Shown: positions 56,207 through 64,000 of the stretch, in pieces
Layout: each line of letters begins with the position of its first letter
How positions within the stretch are numbered: the stretch's first letter is position 1
Assembly (NCBI GenBank): GCA_022826045.1
Contig: JAJDVQ010000048.1
Coordinates: 2,998-66,997 of the forward strand
Reading direction: 5' to 3'
From: Acidimicrobiia bacterium
Lineage (GTDB): Bacteria; Actinomycetota; Acidimicrobiia; Acidimicrobiales; Poriferisodalaceae
DNA: 64,000 nucleotides
The notes under the pieces: generated by a model
What the model saw: the letters and a program-made list of their open reading frames with translations, nothing else
The model's database searches: none
What the model was told of the DNA's origin: nothing
Translations under genes and position numbers: made by a program

Positions 56207-57487
56207 CTAGCTTGGCGAGCTCGGGGCCGTGGGCGCAACCGGTTGGACGTTCGACGCGTATGCACCCTGTGCATCGATCATGCCTCGGTGCCATCTGCGG
56301 GGCGTCGCGATGGCCGCCCGGGGGTAGTCCTCGAACATCCAGCGGGCGAATTGCCGACGAGTCCGGCCCGACGCATCGACCAGTCTCAACGCTGTCTCGG
56401 TCAGCCGCTCATGGGCCAGGATCCGACTCAGGCCCCGCGCCAGCCGGTGGTCGAGGACGAACTCAGCACGCGCGGCGCGCTCGTAGCGGGCGGCCACGCT
56501 GTGCGGTGGGCCGCCGTTCGCGATTGCTGCCGCTGCCATGCGACCCATCTGCAAGGCCTGCCCGATGCCCTCTCCGGTCAGCGGATCGGCGGCCGCGGCC
56601 GCATCGCCGCAGATCAGCACGCGCCCATGGGCCAGCGGCAGCTCGCCCAGCCGGGCCGGGATCGGCCACGCCCGGGTGGGACCGTCCGGTTCGTGGCTGC
56701 CGAGCACTTCCGCAATATGGGCCCGCTCGGTGAGGCCCGACCAGACCGAGGCAATCTGGCCGCCGTCGAGCGTGCCGGTGCTGTTGGACGAACTGCCGCC
56801 GACTGCGTCACGGGGCACGCCGAATCCGAGATTGACGCGGCCGTCGCCGAGGGGGAATGACCAGGCGTAGCCCGGCAGCAAGTCCGGCTCGAACCACACC
56901 CACATGTCGGCTGCGGCCTGGCCGCTGGCGCGCAGGTAGCCGCGAAAAGCGTGCCAATCGCCCCGGTAGCGCGGCGGTCCGATGTCGAGTGCCTTGCGGA
57001 CAGCCGAATAGACGCCGTCTGCGGCGACGACGAACCGCGTCGCGATGCGGCGCCCGTCGCTGAGGCAGGCCGATACGGTGCTCGCGCGTCGGCCATCATC
57101 GGCGAAGCCGTCGAAGGACACGCCGAGCCGGACATCTGCGCCCGACGCAACTGCAAGGTCGGCCAGTGCAGCGTCAAGCTGTGCGCGGCGGCAGACGGCG
57201 GCGAACTGCCCGCGCCCGTCGGGGAGCGGCAGCCTGATGATGCGGCCCCGGGGCGAGCGGACCCACGCTGTATCGACCTGCATCCACGAGTCGATCTGCT
57301 CGGGCTCCAGGCCGAGCTCGGAGAGCTCTCGCAGCGCCAGCGTGGTGAGGCCGTCACCGCAGCACTTGTCACGCCCACGTGCTGCGCGGTCGACGAGCAT
57401 CGTCTTGAGACCAGCCCGCTGAGCCCACACGGAGGCTGATGCGCCCGCCGGACCGGCGCCCACGATCAGGACGTCAACGGGGGACAT
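56207..57487 (-). CDS. Geranylgeranyl-reductase-family FAD-dependent oxidoreductase
   Basis: [35 protein letters not shown]...KCCGDGLT...[19 protein letters not shown]... Trimmed to ATG at 57487. Confidence 0.8.
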   Translation of the reverse strand: MSPVDVLIVGAGPAGASASVWAQRAGLKTMLVDRAARGRDKCCGDGLTTLALRELSELGLEPEQIDSWMQVDTAWVRSPRGRIIRLPLPDGRGQFAAVCRRAQLDAALADLAVASGADVRLGVSFDGFADDGRRASTVSACLSDGRRIATRFVVAADGVYSAVRKALDIGPPRYRGDWHAFRGYLRASGQAAADMWVWFEPDLLPGYAWSFPLGDGRVNLGFGVPRDAVGGSSSNSTGTLDGGQIASVWSGLTERAHIAEVLGSHEPDGPTRAWPIPARLGELPLAHGRVLICGDAAAAADPLTGEGIGQALQMGRMAAAAIANGGPPHSVAARYERAARAEFVLDHRLARGLSRILAHERLTETALRLVDASGRTRRQFARWMFEDYPRAAIATPRRWHRGMIDAQGAYASNVQPVAPTAPSSPS

Positions 57488-57491
57488 TTCC

Positions 57492-59657
57492 TCAGGATCG
57501 CTCGGGCTCGGTGGTCTCGTCGACGCCGGTGTGACCGCCCGATGACTTATCTGCGCCTGCGGTGCTGTCGTCGGATTCGGTCCCGTCGTCGTTCTCGCCT
57601 TCGTCTTCGCCCTTGGTGCTCTCGGCATCGTCGCCCACGCCTGAGGGGCCTTCGCTCGACTCGCGTTCCTGAGCGAGTGCTTCGAGGTCGACGTCGAGGC
57701 AGGGATCGTCGGGGTAGCGCTCGAGGTCGGAGTCACGCTCGCCCGGTTTCTCGACGCACTCGAGCGGCGGGCACTCCACGATGGTCCCGTCGTCGCGCTC
57801 GCTGCCGTCGGGGACCATCTCGACCTCGGATTCGCCGGCCGGATCCCCATCACCGGGGGCTGCCCGCGCGTCGTCTGCGGACTCGGGCGCCCCGAGCAGC
57901 GGATCCGCACACATCCGCGGCACCGAGCGCGTGCCGTCGCAGTTGCGGCCCTCCTCGGGCCGGTAACGCGCGTGGAACGTGTCGGTCTCGGTGGCGCCGT
58001 CGGAGAACACCCGGATGCGATCGGTTCGCACCCGGCGGCAGAACTCGCGCATTTCCTCCTCGGGCTCCCCGATCGTCACTACGACGTTACGGGTCGAGTA
58101 GATCTCCACCGTGATCGACGTGTCGTTATAGGTCGGCCAGATCAACACCCCGTACGGCGTGGGATTGGTGAACCGCAGGTCAGGCTTGGGATACGAGATC
58201 GTCGGGTCCAGCCCGTAGGGGTAGCGGCTGAGATACAGCGAGTGCGTCTGGTACTCGTCGATGTCCATGCCCGCGTGAATCAGTGCATTGAAGATCGTGG
58301 TGGCGAATTGCGACACGCCGCCACCGATGTCATCGATGACAACGCCCTTCTCGATGAAGCCGCCCTCGACGAAGCCTTTCTCTTCGGTGCGCCGGCCCAC
58401 GTGCCCGTTCAGCGACAGGCTCTCGCCGGGCTCCACCACCACGCCGCGCATGAGTTCCGCGAAGAGCTGGATGTTGGTCACACGGCCCTGGCAGCACGCG
58501 TGCTTGGTGGTGAAGGCGCCGACGAGCTCGACGATGCCCAGCGATTCCAAGTACGCCTGCTCCTCGCGGCTCACCGCCGGGCGAGACGGCAACGCGATCG
58601 GTACCTCAATGCCTGCCACTAGCGCCTCGGCCACCAGCTCGCCCGCTTCGTCCGCGCAGCACGCCACGCCGCCATCGCTGGCTGCCACCGTCGGCACGCC
58701 GCCCTGGACCGTCATGGCCGCCGTGGTGAACGGCGCGGACTGCGCGGCAAATACCTCTTCGAGGTACGGGCCGATGCCGTCGGTGTCGAGGGTGATCTCC
58801 GGTGGTGTCGAGTGCGGGTCCAGGACCAGCCAGCCCGCAATCTTCTCAAGTGTCAGCTCGTACGTCTCGTCCTGGTAGGCCACGACGAGACTGCGCCCGT
58901 AGCGCTGGTGCGCCTCGTCGACGACCTGCTGCATCTCGGGCGTATATTCGAGCGGCAAGCTCTGCTGGAGCTGCGCTTCGATCTCGATGCGGGCGTAGCC
59001 TCGTGCGATGCCCTCGAGGACTTGGTCCACGATGGCATCGGCGTCGACGACCTGACCTGGCTGGCCCAAGTCGACTGCAAGGCTGTCGTCGACGACGACG
59101 ATTGACGGGGGAATGGCCGTCACCCCGATTTCCGCGGCATTCGCGAGCACGGCTCGGGCCACGGTCCGCTCGACGCGGTAGCGGCGGTCGGAGAACTGCG
59201 GGTCAATCGACAGCGCTGACCACGGCACGGCCGCCGAGTTGTCGCCCGACCCGCTCACCGTGGACCGCCGTTGCCTGACGGCGTCATAGGTGGCGTCGCT
59301 CTCGAGCGTGATGCTGAGATCGGCGACCGTCAGCTGTACCTCGCCGCCATCGGTTCGCACCACCACCGGCGTGGCGGCCAGCTCAGCCGCAAGCATGGCG
59401 ATGCGGAGCCGCAGCGCATCAGGGCTCACCTCGGTTGCCGTGCCGGCCTCAGTCGTCGCAACGACCTCCGGCCGCTCCGACATGTCCGGACCTCCGGCCG
59501 TCGCTGCGGTCGTCGGCACGGGAGCTTCTGCCGGATCCCTCACTGCCAGGACGGCTGTCGCAATGATCGCTGCCACCAAGATCGCTGCTGCGCTGATGAT
59601 CGACCACTTGGGCGCCCACGACGGCCATCGCACGGAGGTTGAGCGTACGGGTCGCAT
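57492..59657 (-). CDS. VanW-family membrane-anchored protein with acidic Cys-containing C-terminal tail
   Basis: N-terminal TM (WSIISAAAILVAAIIATAVLAV). VanW core ...GGGVSQFATTIFNALIHAGMDIDEYQTHSLYLSRYPYGLDPTISYPKPDLRFTNPTPYGVLIW... About 170-aa Asp/Glu-rich tail. Confidence 0.8.
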   Translation of the reverse strand: MRPVRSTSVRWPSWAPKWSIISAAAILVAAIIATAVLAVRDPAEAPVPTTAATAGGPDMSERPEVVATTEAGTATEVSPDALRLRIAMLAAELAATPVVVRTDGGEVQLTVADLSITLESDATYDAVRQRRSTVSGSGDNSAAVPWSALSIDPQFSDRRYRVERTVARAVLANAAEIGVTAIPPSIVVVDDSLAVDLGQPGQVVDADAIVDQVLEGIARGYARIEIEAQLQQSLPLEYTPEMQQVVDEAHQRYGRSLVVAYQDETYELTLEKIAGWLVLDPHSTPPEITLDTDGIGPYLEEVFAAQSAPFTTAAMTVQGGVPTVAASDGGVACCADEAGELVAEALVAGIEVPIALPSRPAVSREEQAYLESLGIVELVGAFTTKHACCQGRVTNIQLFAELMRGVVVEPGESLSLNGHVGRRTEEKGFVEGGFIEKGVVIDDIGGGVSQFATTIFNALIHAGMDIDEYQTHSLYLSRYPYGLDPTISYPKPDLRFTNPTPYGVLIWPTYNDTSITVEIYSTRNVVVTIGEPEEEMREFCRRVRTDRIRVFSDGATETDTFHARYRPEEGRNCDGTRSVPRMCADPLLGAPESADDARAAPGDGDPAGESEVEMVPDGSERDDGTIVECPPLECVEKPGERDSDLERYPDDPCLDVDLEALAQERESSEGPSGVGDDAESTKGEDEGENDDGTESDDSTAGADKSSGGHTGVDETTEPERS

Positions 59658-59820
59658 GGTGCTGCGGAGCGTCAGCCTCCGACGCGTGCATGCTGAGGCG
59701 TGAGCGCTGCGAAGACCGGGCGATCGTGCGATACTCCGAGCCGTCGTCACCGCAGCTGCGACTGTGCTGCGGCGCCGTACGTGGACAGCAACAGGCGCCA
59801 GGGAAAGGACTCAGGACACC

Positions 59821-60738
59821 ATGAGCAAGCTGTGCGAAGGTCGGGTCGTCATCGTGACCGGGGGTGCCCGGGGCATCGGGCGCGAGCACTGTCTCATGCT
59901 CGCCGAGCACGGGGCGAAGGTCGTCTGCAACGACCTCGGCGGCGCCCGAGACGGCACCGGTGCCGACACCGGCCCAGCCGACGACGTAGTCAACGAGATC
60001 GCCGCCATGGGCGGTGAGGCCGTCGCCAACGGAGACGATGTCTCGGACTGGGAGGGGGCTCAGCGGCTGGTGAACCAAGCGATCGGGACCTTCGGCGATC
60101 TGCATGGCGTCGTGAACAATGCGGGCATTCTGCGCGACCGCATGCTCGTCAACATGACCGAGGCCGAATGGGACGCGGTGATCAAGGTGCACCTCAAGGG
60201 CACGTTTGCGCCCGCACGCTGGGCCGGTTCCTACTGGCGGGAGAAGTCGAAGGCCGGCGAGCAGGTCAACGCGTCGATCGTCAACACGACGTCTGTCTCG
60301 GGCATTTACGGCAACCCAGGCCAGACGAACTACGGCGCCGCCAAGATGGGCATCGCGGCGTTCACCATCATCGCGGCGCGCGAATTGGGGCGCTACGGCG
60401 TTCGCGTCAACGCAGTGGCGCCGGGTGCGCTGACTCGCATGACCGAGGATCTGGGCATGGGCCAAGCCTCAGAGGAAGACCAAGCGCTCATGCACCCGCG
60501 CTACATCGCACCGATCGTCACCTGGCTGTGCTCCGAAGAAGCAGCCGGTGTGAGCGGCCGGGTCTTCGAAGCCTCGGGAAGGATGCTTGCCGTCGCGCAG
60601 GGCTGGGAGCGCGGGCCGACAGTTGAAGCCATCGACGACCCCACGCAGATCGGCGATGCAGCATGGCAGCTCGTGCGCGACGCCCGCCTCAACAGCGGCA
60701 TGGACGGAGCGCCTGCAGACGGCGGAGTGGGCGGCTGA
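59821..60738 (+). CDS. SDR-family oxidoreductase (MFE-2 dehydrogenase-like)
   Basis: MSKLCEGRVVIVTGGARGIGREH...NNAGILRD...SGIYGNPGQTNYGAAKMGIAAF... Confidence 0.9.
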   Translation: MSKLCEGRVVIVTGGARGIGREHCLMLAEHGAKVVCNDLGGARDGTGADTGPADDVVNEIAAMGGEAVANGDDVSDWEGAQRLVNQAIGTFGDLHGVVNNAGILRDRMLVNMTEAEWDAVIKVHLKGTFAPARWAGSYWREKSKAGEQVNASIVNTTSVSGIYGNPGQTNYGAAKMGIAAFTIIAARELGRYGVRVNAVAPGALTRMTEDLGMGQASEEDQALMHPRYIAPIVTWLCSEEAAGVSGRVFEASGRMLAVAQGWERGPTVEAIDDPTQIGDAAWQLVRDARLNSGMDGAPADGGVGG

Positions 60739-60812
60739 GCCATCTGCGCCCACCGGCTCGGCGCTTGGACCAGCTTGAATCAGACTTGAAACAACAGAAG
60801 AGGACAACAGCT

Positions 60813-61694
60813 ATGGGACTCAATCCGGATGCAGTCGGTGCCGTCGGCACGCCGACGACACGTTCGTGGACATTTCGAGACTCGCTGCTCTACGCCGTCG
60901 GCATCGGCGCCGGGGCCGAGGATCCGTTCGGATCCGAACTGGAATTCACGACGCACAACTCCAAGAACATCGACCACAGGGCGTTCCCGACCCAAGGCGT
61001 CGTGATCGGTTTCGGCGCCGGCGGCGCAATGGCGAACGCCGGTGATCTCGACTGGGGCAAGCTGCTGCACGGCAGCCAGGGCATCACCGTTCACCGGCCG
61101 ATCCCCACCGAGGGCAGCGTGGAGATCACCGACCGCATCGCGGGCATGTGGGACAAGGGCGAAGGCCGAAACGCCATCATCGATACCGAGGCATCGGCGG
61201 TCGATCCCGACAGCGGAGATGTGCTGTTCGAGCTGCGCAGCTCGGTCGTGATCCGCGGCTCGGGCGGTTTCGGCGGCGAGCCGGGCAGCACGGCGCCGCT
61301 GGTGAGCGCGCCCGAGCGCGACCCCGACTACGAAGTCACCTACCGGACACGGTCCGATCAGGCCCTGACGTACCGTCTGAGCGGCGACTACAACCCGCTT
61401 CACAGCGACCCGTGGTTCGCCACCGAGCTCGCCGGCTTTCCCAAGCCGATCCTGCACGGCCTGTGCACCTACGGCTTCACCGGCCGGGCGCTGCTGCACA
61501 CCTTGTGCGAGGGCGACCCGTCACGCTTCCGCTCGATGGACTCCCGCTTCTCAGCGCCGGTGTTTCCCGGCGATGCGCTGACCATCCAGGTGTGGGACGA
61601 CGGCGAGGGCCGCGCGATCTACCGCACGATCGCCCAGAAGGACACCGACGAAGCGCGCACGGTCATCGACAACGGCCTGTGCACCTACGCCTGA
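60813..61694 (+). CDS. Double hot-dog MaoC-family (R)-specific enoyl-CoA hydratase
   Basis: MGLNPDAVGAVGTPTTRSWTFRDSLLYAVGIGAG...YRLSGDYNPLHSDPWFATELAGFPKPILHGLCTYG... ATG preceded by AGAAGAGGA. Confidence 0.85.
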   Translation: MGLNPDAVGAVGTPTTRSWTFRDSLLYAVGIGAGAEDPFGSELEFTTHNSKNIDHRAFPTQGVVIGFGAGGAMANAGDLDWGKLLHGSQGITVHRPIPTEGSVEITDRIAGMWDKGEGRNAIIDTEASAVDPDSGDVLFELRSSVVIRGSGGFGGEPGSTAPLVSAPERDPDYEVTYRTRSDQALTYRLSGDYNPLHSDPWFATELAGFPKPILHGLCTYGFTGRALLHTLCEGDPSRFRSMDSRFSAPVFPGDALTIQVWDDGEGRAIYRTIAQKDTDEARTVIDNGLCTYA

Positions 61695-61706
61695 GCCAGT
61701 ACAGAT

Positions 61707-62366
61707 CTAGAACAGCTTGAGGGCATCGCTGGTGATGCCGCGTAGCTCGTCGTAGTCGAGCACGACGCAGCGGATGCCCCGATCCGCAGCGAGCACCCGC
61801 GCCTGGTGCTTGATCTCCTGCGCGGCGAAGACGCCGTTCACCGGCGCCAAGCGGGTGTCGCGGTTCAGGTAGTCCAGGTAGCGGCTGAGCTGCTCGACTC
61901 CGTCGATCTCGCCCCGCCGCTTGATCTCCACGGCCAGCGTCGCTCCCTCGCCGTCGCGGCACAGCAGGTCGACCGGGCCGATGTCGGTGGGGTACTCGCG
62001 GCGCACCAGGACGGCGCCTTCAGCCAGCGTCTGTGGATGTGCAGCCACCAGCTCCTGCAGATGAGCCTCCACGCCGTCGCGCTCGAGCCCGGGATCGATC
62101 CCCATGTCATGCGCGGTGTCGCTGATCACCTCGGCTAGGCGAATCTCGAGACGCTCGCCTTTGTCGTTCGTGACCCGCCACAGGTCGGGTTCGCAGACGA
62201 GCCGGTTGGGCGCGTTCATCCAGTTGAGCGGCTTGTAGGCGCCGCCGTCGGCGTGGATCGCCACACAGCCGTCGGCTTTCACCATGATCAGGCGCACTGC
62301 TTCGGGCAGATGCGCATCGAGCCGGCCCGAGTAATCGACCGTGCAGCGTGCAATGACGAGGCGCAC
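61707..62366 (-). CDS. nucS: Endonuclease NucS (EndoMS)
   Basis: [50 protein letters not shown]...[37 protein letters not shown]... Confidence 0.95.
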   Translation of the reverse strand: MRLVIARCTVDYSGRLDAHLPEAVRLIMVKADGCVAIHADGGAYKPLNWMNAPNRLVCEPDLWRVTNDKGERLEIRLAEVISDTAHDMGIDPGLERDGVEAHLQELVAAHPQTLAEGAVLVRREYPTDIGPVDLLCRDGEGATLAVEIKRRGEIDGVEQLSRYLDYLNRDTRLAPVNGVFAAQEIKHQARVLAADRGIRCVVLDYDELRGITSDALKLF

Positions 62367-62369
62367 AGC

Positions 62370-63383
62370 TCAGGCGGAGTCTGTCAGCTCGTAGATCGAG
62401 GTGAGCTTGGGTTCGCCATCGCTGTCGTCGTCGAGAACGCGCGCCCGCCCGCTCTCGACGAGATGCAGCATGTGCGCGTACACCGAGCTCGCCGCGGGAT
62501 ACCACAGTCGCTTGTCGTAGGCCGCGTACATCTTCGGCACGAAATCCGCGATGCGGCACGGACCGGGGCGCAAGTGCTGGATGATCTGCTCCTCGCGGTC
62601 GCTGCGATGCGCGATGAACGAGCGCACGTATGCGGTCGGCTCGGGGATCGGCGGGCCATGAGTCGGCCAGTACCGCTCGTGGTCGAAGTCGAGCAGTTTT
62701 GCCAGCGAGGCCAGGTAGTCCTGCATCGAGCCGTCCGGCGGCCCGACGACGCTTGTTGCCCAGCCCATGACGTGATCGCCTGAGAAGAGCGCGTTCTCCT
62801 CGACCAGCTCGTAGCAGAGGTGATTCGAGCAGTGCCCGGGCGTGTGCATGGCGCGCAGGGTCCAGCCGTCACCGGACACGATGTCGCCGTCGGCCAGCGC
62901 AACATCGGGGACGAACTCTGTGTCGGCGCCTTCCCGCTTCAGCTCGGGGGGAAGCTCGTCGAATTCGGCTTGGTACTTCTCTTGTTCCTCTGCGCTGATG
63001 TGGTCGGAGAAATCGACTCGGTCGTCCGGGTCGAGCTTCCACACGCTCGCATGGGGTCCGTAGCCGTAGCTGAGCGCGCCGGTCCTGGCGACCAGACTGC
63101 CGGTGAGGGGCGAGTGATCGCTGTGGGTGTGGGTGACCAAGGCAGCGCTGACTGTCTCGCCGTCGTCCAGTGCCGCCATGACGTCGTCGAGATGGCTGTC
63201 CAGCGGAGGACCTGCGTCGATGACTGCGACATCGCCATGGCCGACGATGTAGGTGCCCGTGCCGCGGTAGGTGAACGGCGTCGGGTTCTTGCAGATGACC
63301 CGACGGATGAGCGGGCTCACCGCCTCGCAGGCGCCATAGGCGAACTCGCCCAGATCCCGGTAGTGCTCGATGGTCACCGGCAT
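62370..63383 (-). CDS. MBL-fold metallo-hydrolase
   Basis: MPVTIEHYRDLGEFAYGA...TYIVGHGDVAVIDAGP...ALVTHTHSDHSP (HxHxDH)... Trimmed from the 481-aa track ORF to ATG at 63383. Confidence 0.85.
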   Translation of the reverse strand: MPVTIEHYRDLGEFAYGACEAVSPLIRRVICKNPTPFTYRGTGTYIVGHGDVAVIDAGPPLDSHLDDVMAALDDGETVSAALVTHTHSDHSPLTGSLVARTGALSYGYGPHASVWKLDPDDRVDFSDHISAEEQEKYQAEFDELPPELKREGADTEFVPDVALADGDIVSGDGWTLRAMHTPGHCSNHLCYELVEENALFSGDHVMGWATSVVGPPDGSMQDYLASLAKLLDFDHERYWPTHGPPIPEPTAYVRSFIAHRSDREEQIIQHLRPGPCRIADFVPKMYAAYDKRLWYPAASSVYAHMLHLVESGRARVLDDDSDGEPKLTSIYELTDSA

Positions 63384-63445
63384 CGGCGTCTCCAAGTTTG
63401 CCGCAACACGCGCGCGACGGTCTAGCATCACATCACGGCTTGGTC

Positions 63446-63477
63446 GGGCAGCCGCCATGAGGGGGAGGCGGCTGCCC
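63446..63477. other. Strong hairpin GGGCAGCCGCC-ATGAGGGGGA-GGCGGCTGCCC in a divergent intergenic region
   Basis: Read directly. 11-bp perfect G+C-rich stem, 10-nt loop. No gene ends here. Confidence 0.5.
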
Positions 63478-63610
63478 GGCCCGTTTCGTATTCGGAGCGC
63501 ACGCCCCGGAGCCGCAGTCGGCGGGGCGCAAGGCCGGCGTGTCAAGGTTCGGCGCCGCGACGCGCGAGGCTGTGCGGCGCATTGTGCAAACGCGACCGCC
63601 GGGAGGGAAC

Positions 63611-64000
63611 ATGGCGGATCTGACAGACCGGAGCGGCGGCTACTTCGTGGGCACGAAGCCCTCGGAGCGCTACCCCATCTGGACGCGCGCCAACGTGGGC
63701 GAGGTGTTCCCCGATCCGGTGAGGATGAGCACCTTCGACTTCGCGTTCCAGAACGACGATGGCATTCGCATTTCCGAACTGGGCTTCCGCGACGCCTACG
63801 TGCAGATGGGCGCATTCGACTATGACGAGTTCGATCCCGACAATTGCGTCTTTTTGGGCGTCTTCGGCGGCTACGCGTATCTCAACGCCGCGGTCGGGCG
63901 TGTCTTCGGGGCCCGCGCCCCCGGCATCGACGTGGACACCGTCGACCGGACCTTCTTCGGCGAGCAGCCGGGCATCCCGCCGTACGAACCGCATCCCGAC
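63611..64000 (+). CDS. Hypothetical protein, N-terminal 130 codons (runs off window end); possibly a PEP-utilising/PPDK-N-like enzyme
   Basis: Own translation: GGGAGGGA then ATG. MADLTDRSGGYFVGTKPSERYPIWTRANVGEVFPDPVRMSTFDFAFQNDDGIRISELGFRDAYVQMGAFDYDEFDPDNCVFLGVFGGYAYLNAAVGRVFGARAPGIDVDTVDRTFFGEQPGIPPYEPHPD. No stops and high G+C third positions. Family call is from weak recollection only. Confidence 0.55.
   Translation, partial: MADLTDRSGGYFVGTKPSERYPIWTRANVGEVFPDPVRMSTFDFAFQNDDGIRISELGFRDAYVQMGAFDYDEFDPDNCVFLGVFGGYAYLNAAVGRVFGARAPGIDVDTVDRTFFGEQPGIPPYEPHPD

Noticed and set aside
56203-56274. Upstream ATG start for coaA (343-aa version) and the 567-aa version of the geranylgeranyl reductase ORF (to 57910)
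   Set aside because: The N-terminal extensions are Arg/Pro/Thr-rich and overlap neighbouring real genes (VanW). The shorter versions begin at the conserved N-terminal motifs (the Rossmann GxGxxG right after [15 protein letters not shown] for the reductase).

Overview
High-G+C, actinobacterial-type chromosomal segment. Lineage markers are NucS, LLM/F420-type oxidoreductases, DinB/mycothiol-type proteins, frequent GTG starts and 4-nt coupled gene overlaps. The backbone is a branched-chain amino-acid and serine biosynthesis neighbourhood: ilvB-ilvN-ilvC, serC <> aminotransferase-serA, leuD-leuC, greA, leuB-cimA, gltX and tRNA-Gln(CUG). Accessory blocks interrupt this backbone. (a) At the left edge, a visibly A+T-richer C5-cytosine methyltransferase sits divergent from an XRE regulator, with a perfect 28-bp palindrome between them. 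(b) At 13-24.6 kb there are two amidohydrolases, an AAA+/DUF4143 ATPase, a CobW GTPase and a Dpp/Opp-type peptide or metal ABC importer whose binding protein carries a (D)DDMA tandem repeat. (c) At 33.2-41.7 kb, a Liv-type ABC importer has two different LivH/LivM permease pairs, and one LivM carries a ~260-aa multi-TM C-terminal extension. (d) At 42.8-48.1 kb, a co-oriented run encodes small enzymes: RidA, DUF1330, TauD, DUF3237, DinB-like, LLM and a MaoC pair. (e) The rest is housekeeping and envelope genes: msrA, map, two LysM lipoproteins, PAP2, CoA-transferase, crotonase, HIT, coaA, geranylgeranyl reductase, VanW, SDR plus double hot-dog hydratase, nucS and an MBL hydrolase. I found no CRISPR array, rRNA, transposase or integrase. 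I cannot point to an unambiguous novel system. The best candidates for follow-up are the four-permease Liv importer with the extended LivM, the phased TGCGCAA repeat array next to the AAA+/DUF4143 ATPase-nuclease gene, the XRE-palindrome-methyltransferase module at the window edge, and the importer-amidohydrolase-CobW operon with its Asp/Met-repeat binding protein. Many long ORFs in the supplied track are antisense or out-of-frame artefacts of high G+C and were trimmed or discarded. Internal start coordinates were derived by hand and may be off by a few nucleotides.
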